Shown in pieces: positions 16,765 through 26,444 of a DNA stretch of 29,103 bases (position 1 is its first letter; every line of letters begins with the position of its first letter). Source of the stretch: a virus. Its lineage: Duplodnaviria > Caudoviricetes. A model generated the notes under the pieces. That model was not told where the DNA came from, ran no database searches, and saw only the letters and a program-made list of their open reading frames with translations. The translations under genes were made by a program, and so were the position numbers. The stretch spans positions 1 through 29,103 of the IMG/VR virus record IMGVR_UViG_3300012663_000119; one strand, given 5' to 3'.

Positions 16765-19312
16765 CGTACAGATTCAATTAGAAAGTGGTTATTTAGATGT
16801 CAAAGAAGGAACTGCTTTTCCTTTGAATTTTGGAGTGGCAGATATTCGAGATGTGTCAAAACGAAGCGGTGCGTTTTCAAAGTCTATAATTTTAAGTGGC
16901 ACAAAGAACAATCATAATCTTTTGAATCACTACTACGATGTTAACATTCAAACTGGAAATTTTAACATAGACACATTGACAAGATGTAGCATCATTCAAA
17001 ATGGAATACCTATTTTAGAGAATGCAGTATTACAATTGTTATCTGTAAATAAGAAACAAGAAACGGCAAACTATGAAGATTCGGTTGAGTATGAAGTTTT
17101 AGTAAAAGACGATGCATCCGATTTCTTTGTAAAGTTAGACAATAGCGAATTAACAGATTTAGACTTTAGCGATTTAGACCACGTTATTAGTTCGGCAAAT
17201 ATTGTGTCGAGTTGGACACACGATGTAAACGATGGTTACAAATATTTGTTAGGCTACCAGAATACAAATACTTACACAATCAAAGAAGCAAAGCCAGCAA
17301 TATACGCAAAGACTTACTTCGATAAAATATTTTCATCACAAGGATTCTCTTACAATTGGGATTCTTTAGAAGTTGATAGGTTTGACAAGTTACTTATTCC
17401 ATTTGTTGGAGATGTAAAAAGGGATATTTATAATAATTATTTAGTAGAGGCAACGGCAACAAAATCATTTAGTACTTTATTCAATACACCAGCAAGTACA
17501 TTTGTTACAAATTACACTGAGTTAGTAGATGAATTAAACTTATTTAATCCAACGACTGGAACATACGACACACCATTTACATTAAGTACTGGAGATGCTT
17601 ATAATTTCCAAGTGGATATTGACTACTCAATTAACTTACTTAATTCAAGTGGTGCAATTGCATACTTAATTGATAATTGGCTTATTCTTAGTGGTACTGC
17701 CAATTTTTCAGCAATGTATATTCGACCATTTATAGCTATATATAAAAATGGTGCGGAGATTTCAGTAACTTATTCAGACCCTATTAGTGTGCCTTTAACA
17801 TTAAGTTCTGCACCAAGTACAAATATAGATAACAAACTTAAAAGTTTTAACATACCAGTTTCTGGAATTGTTGCTGGAGATGATTTGAGAGTTGCAATAG
17901 GGATTCACATATCAATAGCACCTAATGCCAATTTTAGCCCTAATGCTATGAATTGGAGAAGTGCAAATAGTTCTCCTTGGGGTTCTGCGGTTTTTATCAA
18001 TTCTCAAATGGTAGCCAATTCAGTTAAAATAAAAGTACTACCATCTTCAACAACCGTTATAAGTGGTGCAAATATTAGTTTAGGTGGATTCATTCCAGCA
18101 AAGATAAAGCAAAAGGATTTCTTGAAGTCAATCTTTCAGATGTATAACCTTTACATTGAATCAGACAAAAACAATCCAAACATATTGAACTTAACAACAC
18201 GTGACAATTTTATTGATAGTGGAACTGAGAAAGATTGGACTTATAAACTTGCAAAAGATAGCGACCAAACATTACAATTTTTACCTGAATTGACTGGTAA
18301 GAAAATACAACTTACATACAAACAAGATTCAGACGAAGCGAATAAAAAATACTTTGATACAACACGCGAAGTTTTTGGTCAAGTAGAGTTTACATTTGAC
18401 AACGAATATATAAAAGGAGTTGACAAAAAAGAATTAATCTTTAGCCCTACTCCATTATTACAAACTCCATTCAATGCTTACGTTCCATCTTTTACATTTG
18501 CAGAACCTAAAGTTAATTTGAGAATTTTGTATGATGGTGGATTAAAGTCTTGCAATACGTTTAATTTGTACGATTATGGAACGACTGGACAAACTGGCTT
18601 AGTATTTTATCCATACGCTGGACATTGGGATGACCCATTGAAACCGAGTTTTGATATTAATTTTGGTTTGTGCGATTTGTATTATTATACTGGATTTCAA
18701 ACTACAAACAACAACTTGTATAACCAATATTGGAGAAGAACTATATCGCAGATTAATACTGGTAAAATGTTAATTGCTTACTTTGACTTAGACGAGTTAG
18801 ATATTCAATCATTAAAATTAAATGATAAAATACGCATAGATAATTCTTGGTGGACTATAAACAAAATAATTGATTATTCAGTTAACCAAAAGTTACTTAC
18901 AAAAGTAGAGTTGATGAGCATTGATACTGATATTGATTTGGTAGCGTTTAAAAGTAGCATTCCAAAGATGATTACTCAATCGGAAAACTCGTCAATCTTT
19001 CAAGGAATAAGCAATGCCGTAAACAATAGCATCAATGCAATAGACTCATCTGCCCAAGCGATTGTTATGGGAAGTGGTAACGTAATTGGAAGCGGTTTAA
19101 AAGGAATGTGGATAGGAAACGATTTAACGCCTACTGACGATGGTATAATTGTACCAAGTATGAAAGCATCAAACGCTGAATTTGGAGTTGTTAGATTGGC
19201 AAATATTCCAGTATTCCAAAATGAGGGAGAAGCTAAAGACTCTGGGCTTTCTTTTGGAGATGTTTACGTTCACAGAAACGGAACTTTAAACATAGTTACT
19301 AACGGAAGATAA
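16757..19312 (+). CDS. Large tail tip / baseplate hub protein
   Basis: 851 aa; FPLNF.VADI.D...R...FSK.I.L.GT.NN N-terminus; adjacent to the tape measure. Confidence 0.65.
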   Translation: MFNVQIQLESGYLDVKEGTAFPLNFGVADIRDVSKRSGAFSKSIILSGTKNNHNLLNHYYDVNIQTGNFNIDTLTRCSIIQNGIPILENAVLQLLSVNKKQETANYEDSVEYEVLVKDDASDFFVKLDNSELTDLDFSDLDHVISSANIVSSWTHDVNDGYKYLLGYQNTNTYTIKEAKPAIYAKTYFDKIFSSQGFSYNWDSLEVDRFDKLLIPFVGDVKRDIYNNYLVEATATKSFSTLFNTPASTFVTNYTELVDELNLFNPTTGTYDTPFTLSTGDAYNFQVDIDYSINLLNSSGAIAYLIDNWLILSGTANFSAMYIRPFIAIYKNGAEISVTYSDPISVPLTLSSAPSTNIDNKLKSFNIPVSGIVAGDDLRVAIGIHISIAPNANFSPNAMNWRSANSSPWGSAVFINSQMVANSVKIKVLPSSTTVISGANISLGGFIPAKIKQKDFLKSIFQMYNLYIESDKNNPNILNLTTRDNFIDSGTEKDWTYKLAKDSDQTLQFLPELTGKKIQLTYKQDSDEANKKYFDTTREVFGQVEFTFDNEYIKGVDKKELIFSPTPLLQTPFNAYVPSFTFAEPKVNLRILYDGGLKSCNTFNLYDYGTTGQTGLVFYPYAGHWDDPLKPSFDINFGLCDLYYYTGFQTTNNNLYNQYWRRTISQINTGKMLIAYFDLDELDIQSLKLNDKIRIDNSWWTINKIIDYSVNQKLLTKVELMSIDTDIDLVAFKSSIPKMITQSENSSIFQGISNAVNNSINAIDSSAQAIVMGSGNVIGSGLKGMWIGNDLTPTDDGIIVPSMKASNAEFGVVRLANIPVFQNEGEAKDSGLSFGDVYVHRNGTLNIVTNGR

Positions 19313-19318
19313 CTTATA

Positions 19319-19345
19319 AAACGAAAACAAACCAACTGACAATAT
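19319..19345 (+). promoter_or_regulatory. Late promoter motif, copy 3 (apparently leaderless)
   Basis: AAAC-N16-ACAATAT-AGTT-ATG. Confidence 0.75.
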
Positions 19346-19349
19346 AGTT

Positions 19350-21368
19350 ATGGCTGGACAAAGTATAGAGATTCCTATTAAGTTAGGTGGATTGGCACAA
19401 ATAAAAAGTGAGTTAAGAGAACTTAAGGGGGAGTTGGCTAATGCTACCGACCCAGAACAAATGCAACAATTGGCACAACGTGCTGGGGAACTTCAAGACA
19501 AACTATCAGATGCAAACGAAGCGGTTAAAAACTTTGCTTCTGGTTCTAAGTTTGAGCAGATAGGTAATTCATTTGGCTCAATGAAAGATTCTATTATGAG
19601 TCTTGACTTTGAGGAAGCAAGCCAAAAGGCTTCTATGTTTGGAAAGTCGTTGACTAATTTAAAACCATCTGACATAGGTAATTCAATCAAAGGACTTATT
19701 GGAGTTGTTGGTCAATTAGGTAAAGCGTTTGTTACGTTTGGACTTCAGCTTTTAGCAAATCCTATCTTCTTACTTGTAGCTGTTATTGTTGCAGTTGTTG
19801 TTGGTTTGGTTTTATTAGCAAACAAACTCGGACTTATTAAGCCAATACTTGACGCAATGTCTAAAGCATTTGACTTTGTTATTCAGAAATTAAAAGATTT
19901 TGCTGATTGGTTAGGGCTTACAAACTTTGCAGAAGAAGACAAAGCTAAAAAATCTATTGAGTCAAACAAAAAGATTGCAGATTCTTACAAGACTAAAGGC
20001 GAAAAGATAGCAACTGCATACGACAGACAAATTGAGATAGCAAAAATTGAGGGTAAAAATACAACTCAATTAGAGATTGCTAAACAAAAGGCTATTATTC
20101 AAACGGCTCAACTAAGACAAAAAGCATTACAACAACAACTTAAAGACAATGCGGTTAGTCATTCATTGGATAAAGACCAAATTGAAAAAATAAAAGAGGG
20201 CTTAAAAGAAACTAAAACGTTAATCGAAGATAGTACGTATAACGTCAAAAAGATTAAAGCACAAGAAGCGTCTGAGAATGCAAAGAAAAATGAGGAGATT
20301 GCAAAGAACAACAAAGAGTCTGCACAAAAAAGAAAACAAGATCAACAAGAATATGCTAAACAACGTTTAGAAACTGCAAGACAAATTGAGGACACAAACA
20401 TCGCATTGATGGATGAGGGAATCAATAAAGAATTAAAATCAAACGAAACAAAGTACGCACGTCTTAGAGCTGATAATGCAAAAAATTCTAAGTTAACTGC
20501 TGAAGAAAGAAAGACAATTGACTTACAACTTCAAGAACAAGAGTTTAATGATAAGAAAGCAATTAATCAAAAATACGATGATGAAACAAAACAATCGTTA
20601 ATACTTTCTGAAAAGGCAAAGACAGATGAAAAAGTAAAACTTGAAGGAGAGGAAAAAACACGTCTTGAAGCGGTTGCTAAATTAAAAGCTGAAACTGGTA
20701 AGACTGCACAAGAATTAGAACTTCAAAAGATACGTAATGAGTATAAAGCAAAACAAGATTTAGCGGTTGGCGATTCTGTTTTAATGGCTCAACTTGAAGC
20801 AGAAAAGAATGCAAAATTAACAGAAACAAACGACAAATATCGTGAGGCTGAAAAGGCAAAAGAAAAGAAATTAAATGACGAAAAGATACAAGCCGTACAA
20901 GGTGGTTTAAGTGCTATCAGTTCACTTGCTGAAGCGTTCGCTGGTAAATCTAAAGAATCACAAAAGAAAGCGTTTAAAGTACAAAAGGCGGTTAATATTG
21001 CTAATGCTACAATTGACACTTATAAGAGTGCTACATCTGCGTTTGCGTCTGCTGGTAACCCAATACTCGGTGCGGTATTCGCTGCGATTGCAGTTGCTTC
21101 TGGTCTTGCTAATATTAAAAAGATTTCATCTACTACATTCGAAGGTGGTGGTGCAACTGGTGGTGGCGGTGGTGGTGCTACGGCTTCATCAATTCCTACG
21201 ATGTCTCCTCAAACTCAAATGTATTCAAGCGGAAACAACCAAGCGAACAATCTAAGTTCTACCAATAATGGTATGGAACAACCAACTATTAAAGCGGTTG
21301 TTGTTGAATCTGATATAACGGCATCACAAAATAAAATGAATAAAATAAAAGAAAGTGCAACGCTATGA
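19350..21368 (+). CDS. Tail tape measure protein
   Basis: Long coiled coil, hydrophobic ANPIFLLVAVIVAVVVGL segment, Ala/Gly-rich C-terminus. Confidence 0.8.
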   Translation: MAGQSIEIPIKLGGLAQIKSELRELKGELANATDPEQMQQLAQRAGELQDKLSDANEAVKNFASGSKFEQIGNSFGSMKDSIMSLDFEEASQKASMFGKSLTNLKPSDIGNSIKGLIGVVGQLGKAFVTFGLQLLANPIFLLVAVIVAVVVGLVLLANKLGLIKPILDAMSKAFDFVIQKLKDFADWLGLTNFAEEDKAKKSIESNKKIADSYKTKGEKIATAYDRQIEIAKIEGKNTTQLEIAKQKAIIQTAQLRQKALQQQLKDNAVSHSLDKDQIEKIKEGLKETKTLIEDSTYNVKKIKAQEASENAKKNEEIAKNNKESAQKRKQDQQEYAKQRLETARQIEDTNIALMDEGINKELKSNETKYARLRADNAKNSKLTAEERKTIDLQLQEQEFNDKKAINQKYDDETKQSLILSEKAKTDEKVKLEGEEKTRLEAVAKLKAETGKTAQELELQKIRNEYKAKQDLAVGDSVLMAQLEAEKNAKLTETNDKYREAEKAKEKKLNDEKIQAVQGGLSAISSLAEAFAGKSKESQKKAFKVQKAVNIANATIDTYKSATSAFASAGNPILGAVFAAIAVASGLANIKKISSTTFEGGGATGGGGGGATASSIPTMSPQTQMYSSGNNQANNLSSTNNGMEQPTIKAVVVESDITASQNKMNKIKESATL

Positions 21369-21808
21369 GTTACCAAACAATTATAAATAAGATGACTGCG
21401 TTTTGTGACGCACATTTTCAAGTTAAAAAATTCGGTTCAGACTTCAAAGAACAGATGCCAAACTTCGCTACTAAAGACGAGAAGTATCCAATCGTTTATG
21501 CAGTACCAACTTCAACAAGTGCTGGACTTAATACACGTCAATTTAACTTTGATATTTATTGCTTGGATATTATTCAAAAAGATAGACAAAATATTAATAC
21601 TATTTTATCAGATACTGAATTGATATTAAACGATTTTTATTTGTACTTTTACGATGGTCAAGATTTAAGCATTGACGTAATAAGCCCAATGAACACAACA
21701 CCATTAAACAACTTTGATTTGGACTATTGTGCTGGTTGGGTAATGAGTATTACATTTGAAGTTGCTAATCTACCAGAATGTGTTATACCAATTGAAACAT
21801 CAAACTAA
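21365..21808 (+). CDS. Probable tail terminator/completion protein
   Basis: 147 aa, acidic; YP.VY..P and AGWV..ITF pattern. Confidence 0.55.
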   Translation: MSYQTIINKMTAFCDAHFQVKKFGSDFKEQMPNFATKDEKYPIVYAVPTSTSAGLNTRQFNFDIYCLDIIQKDRQNINTILSDTELILNDFYLYFYDGQDLSIDVISPMNTTPLNNFDLDYCAGWVMSITFEVANLPECVIPIETSN

Positions 21809-22236
21809 TGGCAACATTTAAAGTAAAATACGCTACACGTAATAAGTTAGCAAGGTCTTTGCAGAAAGAGATTAAAGACTTAGGTCTTTATCAAGATGGT
21901 GCATTGTACGATTCAATACGTGTGTCTGCAATGATAGGAGATAAAATAAATAAAATAGATATCACTATTAATGCGATGTACTATTATTTGTTTTTAGATG
22001 AGGGAACGAGTAGAGGAATACCGCCTTACTCAATAACTGACAAATGGTTAAGACGTTCTGACGTTAAAGATATACTTGCAGAAGTAACACAAGACTTTAT
22101 TGCTTGGCAGTTTGAACAATTCCCACTTTTGCAAATGGCTAAGATTCTAAACAATCCAATGGTATCTATTAAATTTAACTGGATTGACTCGCCTTATCCA
22201 AATCTAAAAACAGACCCAACAACTGCATTCTTTTAA
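21808..22236 (+). CDS. Probable neck/tail completion protein (HK97 gp10-like)
   Basis: G.LYDSI and YY.FLDEGT motifs. Confidence 0.55.
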   Translation: MATFKVKYATRNKLARSLQKEIKDLGLYQDGALYDSIRVSAMIGDKINKIDITINAMYYYLFLDEGTSRGIPPYSITDKWLRRSDVKDILAEVTQDFIAWQFEQFPLLQMAKILNNPMVSIKFNWIDSPYPNLKTDPTTAFF

Positions 22237-22964
22237 AGTTGTAGTTCAGTCTTCATTGATAGCATATTAAAAGCAAAGATAAGATTCATTTTAAGGACAT
22301 CGTCAATCTTAGTAATGTCCTCATTTGCTAAGATGTAAAGCGTTTTTTCCCACGACCATTTGTTTAGATTGTCTTCTTTCTTTATTTCTTCCTTTTCCTC
22401 ATCGGTCAAATCGTCTTCAATTTCATCTGTTGCTGGTTCTTGGAATAGATTGATATAAACTTCCATAAAGTTTTCACGAAATTTTATATACTCTTGCACT
22501 ATTCCGAATACATCGGTACATTTAACATCTTTAAATAGTTGTTTTCTTTGCTCAATATCGTACTCATACGGCTCCATTACTTCATTATCCCACTCATCAA
22601 AACGTTTCTTTCTATAAACAACGCTACAAATGTCTGACAAGTGAGCGTAATAGTTGTTAGTAAAGTAATGCTCTAAGTCTATAAACTCTCCAACTTTTAA
22701 ATGTTGTAAACCTATGTAGTGCAAATCGGCAATTATCCGATTTACTGGTTTATTTGGGTCACGATTTATGAAGTTAATCTCTTTTATTAGTTCCGTTAAC
22801 TCGTCAAAATCCAAATCATATACATCATTTATGTCAGTATCGGACAAGATGCTTATTGCTTCTACGTGAAAATCAAATATAGAATCGAAAGAGTCAACTT
22901 GTAACCCTTTCAATTCCATAAATTGTTCTACACTTACGTTATTCCACGACTTCGGTAGGTGCAT
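22233..22964 (-). CDS. Hypothetical acidic protein, possibly tail-assembly-chaperone-like; paralog of 22939-23487
   Basis: 243-aa minus-strand ORF; LPKSW..VSVEQF, LKVGEFIDLE and ICSVVYRK segments. Confidence 0.75.
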   Translation of the reverse strand: MHLPKSWNNVSVEQFMELKGLQVDSFDSIFDFHVEAISILSDTDINDVYDLDFDELTELIKEINFINRDPNKPVNRIIADLHYIGLQHLKVGEFIDLEHYFTNNYYAHLSDICSVVYRKKRFDEWDNEVMEPYEYDIEQRKQLFKDVKCTDVFGIVQEYIKFRENFMEVYINLFQEPATDEIEDDLTDEEKEEIKKEDNLNKWSWEKTLYILANEDITKIDDVLKMNLIFAFNMLSMKTELQL

Positions 22965-23487
22965 TTTGTAGTCTGTTAGATAATTTTAAACCAATAAACG
23001 TAGCATAAGGTATTGCAAGTTCAGCAGAAAGAGAACTAAACAATTTAGCCTTTTGTTTGATGTGTGCGTCTGCGTAGTGTTCAGCTTTAGTTAAGTCGTT
23101 ACGCTTAAACAATACCGACATCAAGTAACTAATGTAATTGTGTGGATGGTTAGATACTTGCTTCTCAATCATTTTCATTTCACGCACTGATATTTTCAAT
23201 TCGTCTTCGTGCGATGTGTAAGTATATCCATCTAACTCAATCACTTTACAAAACTCGTTTGATGGTTTTACTTTAGTGTCTGAGAATATCTTAATGTATT
23301 CCACAAACTCGCTAAACTCCAAATCGTACACATCGGATTCTGGTACACCTAAATAAATTAAAAGGTTAGCCCAACGTTCAAACTTTTCTACATCCTCATC
23401 ATTTAAAATACGAGAAACATTCTCGAACTGCTCAATTGTAAATTCATTGATTTCGTTCTTAACATCAAATTCTTTAATTTTTACCAT
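22939..23487 (-). CDS. Hypothetical acidic protein; paralog of 22233-22964
   Basis: 182-aa ORF; INEFTIEQF, DVYDLEFSEF, ISVREMKMIE and LMSVLFKR segments. Confidence 0.75.
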   Translation of the reverse strand: MVKIKEFDVKNEINEFTIEQFENVSRILNDEDVEKFERWANLLIYLGVPESDVYDLEFSEFVEYIKIFSDTKVKPSNEFCKVIELDGYTYTSHEDELKISVREMKMIEKQVSNHPHNYISYLMSVLFKRNDLTKAEHYADAHIKQKAKLFSSLSAELAIPYATFIGLKLSNRLQNAPTEVVE

Positions 23488-23500
23488 ACGTTTTTTTCTT

Positions 23501-23530
23501 CAAATATACAAATTTTTAAACACTTAACAA
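23501..23530 (-). promoter_or_regulatory. Host-sigma promoter for the inverted two-gene operon
   Basis: On minus: TTG (23530-28), 19 nt spacer, TATATTTG (23508-01). Confidence 0.75.
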
Positions 23531-23544
23531 TTATAAAACAATAT
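23518..23544 (+). promoter_or_regulatory. Late promoter motif, copy 4 (apparently leaderless)
   Basis: AAAC-N16-ACAATAT-TGTT-ATG. Confidence 0.75.
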
Positions 23545-23548
23545 TGTT

Positions 23549-24520
23549 ATGAATACAGATTTACCAATTTATAAAATAACTATCGACCCAGAGTATTCTG
23601 AGGGCAATGAGTTAGGAATTGAGCAAGTCGCTTTCACTTCAAAACCAGCCGTTAAAATTAAAGGAATGGCTTTTAACTCTCAACAAATTTTTCAATTTCA
23701 AGATGAACCGAAAATGCGTATTGTTGCACCAGCAATGATTCCAATGGAGATTTATAGAAATGACGATGGAGAGGAATACTTTGTTGAATTTACTGAACAA
23801 GAAATAGAGCAAATCTTTTCAAAGTTTATGTTCAACTTAAACAACCAAAATCTTTTTAATTTAGAACACGACAAAAGCAAGGAAGTACCAGCGTACATTC
23901 TTGAAGCGTGGATAGTTGAAAACCCAATGGAAGACAAATCACTTTCATCGTACGGAATTAGCGTACCAAAAGGAACGTTGATGTTGACTGCACAAATCAC
24001 AGACAAAGAGTATTACACTAAGTTAGTTGAAAGCGGACAAGTAGGATTCTCAATTGAGGGGTTTTTAGGTATGAAGTTGGAAGACGCAAAAAAGCAATCA
24101 CAAAACAAATATAGTATGAAGCTACCAGATGGAGAGCATCAAATCGAAGACAAAATCTATATCGTAAAAGATGGAGAAGTTGTTGAGATTAAAGATGTAG
24201 AGATGGGCGAAAAAGTTGAGATGGCAGATGAGCCAGCAACAGACGCACCAGTTGAGGAAGAAGTAGCAATGGAAGAAGTAGTTGAAGAAGAAAAAGTTGA
24301 GGAAGAAGTCGAAATGGCTATTGACCCAGCAATGGATTCAGAAGCAATCACGTCTATTGTTATGCCTTTAATTGACGAAAAAATTAACGAAGTATTGCAA
24401 GTTATTGCAGACTTAAAAAACTCTTTAGAAGTTGAAGTTGAGCCAACTGAAGAAGTAGTAGAAACTAAATTATCAGCTCACGCTAAATTTACTGCGTACA
24501 GAAACGCATTTAATAAATAA
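23549..24520 (+). CDS. Prohead protease (XkdF-like serine protease) with acidic scaffold-like C-terminus
   Basis: AF...PA, PAMIP..IYR, NLEH, E.WIV and GFSIEG motifs; immediately upstream of the capsid gene. Confidence 0.8.
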   Translation: MNTDLPIYKITIDPEYSEGNELGIEQVAFTSKPAVKIKGMAFNSQQIFQFQDEPKMRIVAPAMIPMEIYRNDDGEEYFVEFTEQEIEQIFSKFMFNLNNQNLFNLEHDKSKEVPAYILEAWIVENPMEDKSLSSYGISVPKGTLMLTAQITDKEYYTKLVESGQVGFSIEGFLGMKLEDAKKQSQNKYSMKLPDGEHQIEDKIYIVKDGEVVEIKDVEMGEKVEMADEPATDAPVEEEVAMEEVVEEEKVEEEVEMAIDPAMDSEAITSIVMPLIDEKINEVLQVIADLKNSLEVEVEPTEEVVETKLSAHAKFTAYRNAFNK

Positions 24521-24525
24521 TAAAA

Positions 24526-25443
24526 ATGGAAAGAAATCTTAAATTTGATTTGGACATCGAAACAAACGCATTGTTATGTCCTAACCCTAATGAGTTCTAT
24601 GGTCGTTCTTACATCTCTGAAGACATCGTAGACAACTATCGTTCATTGCCGGGCATTAAGTCTGCTACTAAATTAGCAAACGTTACTTTTGGTAACATCT
24701 TACAACCAGCAACTTGCAACTTCTCTGCACCAACTGACGCTTTAGACGCAGTTGATATTGATGTTTGTTCTTTATCTGCTATGGCTCAATTATGTCAGTT
24801 CGATTTAGAGCAGTCTTTCTTAGCTTTACAAATGGCTCAAGGTTCTAACGGAGATTTTTCTGTTGCTTCTTTTATGTCTTACTACTGGGATGAGATGGCT
24901 AAACAAATTCAAGAGTCTGTTGAGTACATCCGTTGGTCTGGTGACACAACAAGCACAAACGAAACTTTGGCTTTGTGTGATGGTTACATCAAAAAATTGA
25001 AAGCTGATGGTGGAGTTGTTGACGTTGCTAAAGCGACTATCACATCTTCAAATGTTATCACTGAAATCGTTAAAGTATTAGCTGCTGCACCAGCAACAAT
25101 CAGCCGTAAAAAAGCAGACTTAAGATTGTACGTTGCATCAAACGTAGCAAACGCTTTAGAATTAGCTACTGCATCTGGTAACACTCAAACATACATCACA
25201 ACTCCATTAGCTTTAACATTCTTAGGAATTAAAGTTGTAGTTGCTGAAGGTATGCCAAACAATCATATGGTATTGACTTTGAAAAACAACTTAATCTACG
25301 CATTTGACGGAGAAGGAGATGGTAAAGCATTGAAAGCAGTTAACTTGTCTGACACAGTTGCTGAGCCTTACTTACGTACACGTGCGAATTTGAAAGTTGG
25401 TTTTGCTTATGTTAACCCAACAGAAATCGTTCTTTACTCATAA
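24526..25443 (+). CDS. Major capsid protein
   Basis: 305 aa after the protease; strongly biased codon use (GCT, TCT, AAC, ATC); followed by a strong terminator. Confidence 0.8.
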   Translation: MERNLKFDLDIETNALLCPNPNEFYGRSYISEDIVDNYRSLPGIKSATKLANVTFGNILQPATCNFSAPTDALDAVDIDVCSLSAMAQLCQFDLEQSFLALQMAQGSNGDFSVASFMSYYWDEMAKQIQESVEYIRWSGDTTSTNETLALCDGYIKKLKADGGVVDVAKATITSSNVITEIVKVLAAAPATISRKKADLRLYVASNVANALELATASGNTQTYITTPLALTFLGIKVVVAEGMPNNHMVLTLKNNLIYAFDGEGDGKALKAVNLSDTVAEPYLRTRANLKVGFAYVNPTEIVLYS

Positions 25444-25463
25444 GAATTAATTACTAACTAAAG

Positions 25464-25494
25464 AGGGTGGTGCAATATACACCGCCCTTTTTTT
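25464..25494 (+). terminator. Intrinsic terminator after the capsid gene
   Basis: AGGGTGGTG-CAATATA-CACCGCCCT followed by a T run. Confidence 0.9.
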
Positions 25495-25506
25495 ATATTT
25501 AAAAAT

Positions 25507-26019
25507 ATGTCTTGTACAACACTTACATCAATCACAAAAGGATGCGATGGAAACATCGGAGGAATTACACAAGTATTAATTAATGACCAAGCAAACATTA
25601 CTGCAATTACAGAAACAGATGCAACTTGGACAATTGATGCAATGACTACTACTGGTTCTGGTTTTTTCCCTTTTGAAATTCGTAGAAACTCAGGTAACTA
25701 CACAGAAGAAGAATCAAACGACTTAGTAAAAGGTTCACAATTCGTGACTGCTACTATCACATTAATGTTTTCAAGACGTGAGGCTTCAAAATCTCGTTCA
25801 TTGAAAATCTTAGGAGAAGGACAAAGAGACTTAGCGGTTATTATTAAAGACGCAAACGAGAAGTATTGGTATTTTCCAAACGCTCAATTGTCTGCGGTAA
25901 CTGAAGGTTCTGGAACTGCTAAGGCAGATGGCTCATCTTACTCAGTAGTATTACTTGCAGAGAATTTATACTTAGCAAAAGAAGTAGATGCGGATATCAT
26001 CGCTGGTTTAATTGACTAA
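25507..26019 (+). CDS. Major tail tube protein
   Basis: MSC......GC..NIGGI N-terminus, D.N.KYW and GSGTAKAD...Y pattern; 170 aa. Confidence 0.7.
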   Translation: MSCTTLTSITKGCDGNIGGITQVLINDQANITAITETDATWTIDAMTTTGSGFFPFEIRRNSGNYTEEESNDLVKGSQFVTATITLMFSRREASKSRSLKILGEGQRDLAVIIKDANEKYWYFPNAQLSAVTEGSGTAKADGSSYSVVLLAENLYLAKEVDADIIAGLID

Positions 26020-26043
26020 TTTCTTTTAGCACTTTTCAAAATT

Positions 26044-26072
26044 CCCTCATCTTAAATGGTGGGGGTTTTTTT
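26044..26072 (+). terminator. Intrinsic terminator
   Basis: CCCTCATC-TTAAAT-GGTGGGGG followed by T7. Confidence 0.8.
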
Positions 26073-26077
26073 GTTTT

Positions 26078-26104
26078 AAACATTTTTGTAATTTACAACA
26101 ATAT
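26078..26104 (+). promoter_or_regulatory. Late promoter motif, copy 5 (apparently leaderless)
   Basis: AAAC-N16-ACAATAT-AGTT-ATG. Confidence 0.75.
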
Positions 26105-26108
26105 AGTT

Positions 26109-26444
26109 ATGATTTATATAGAACAAAATCAAGAGAATAAAATATGTTTGACTTTGACTGAGTCGACTACAATAAGCAATCCTTATTATTTATTCGTGTT
26201 TCAAAATGAGTACAACAAAGCAAGTGACCCTATTTTGTGGGTTGGTACTGACATTTCAGAACATACAAACAGATATAACTTATTCCTAATGGATGAAACG
26301 ACAAGCGATTCGTTTAACATTGGGCAATATACATATACAATCTATGAAAGTGAGACTTTGCCCATTGATGAAACTGGCTTGATAGCGGTTGAAGAGGGGC
26401 GTATGGTTGTCAGTGGAGTAGTTATAAATTCAATTTACGAATGA
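26109..26444 (+). CDS. Hypothetical virion protein
   Basis: GQYTYTIYE...VEEG pattern; coupled to the portal gene. Confidence 0.6.
   Translation: MIYIEQNQENKICLTLTESTTISNPYYLFVFQNEYNKASDPILWVGTDISEHTNRYNLFLMDETTSDSFNIGQYTYTIYESETLPIDETGLIAVEEGRMVVSGVVINSIYE

Noticed and set aside
21143-21178. GGT repeat as G-quadruplex or contingency locus
   Set aside because: Explained by a Gly-rich linker in the tape measure protein.
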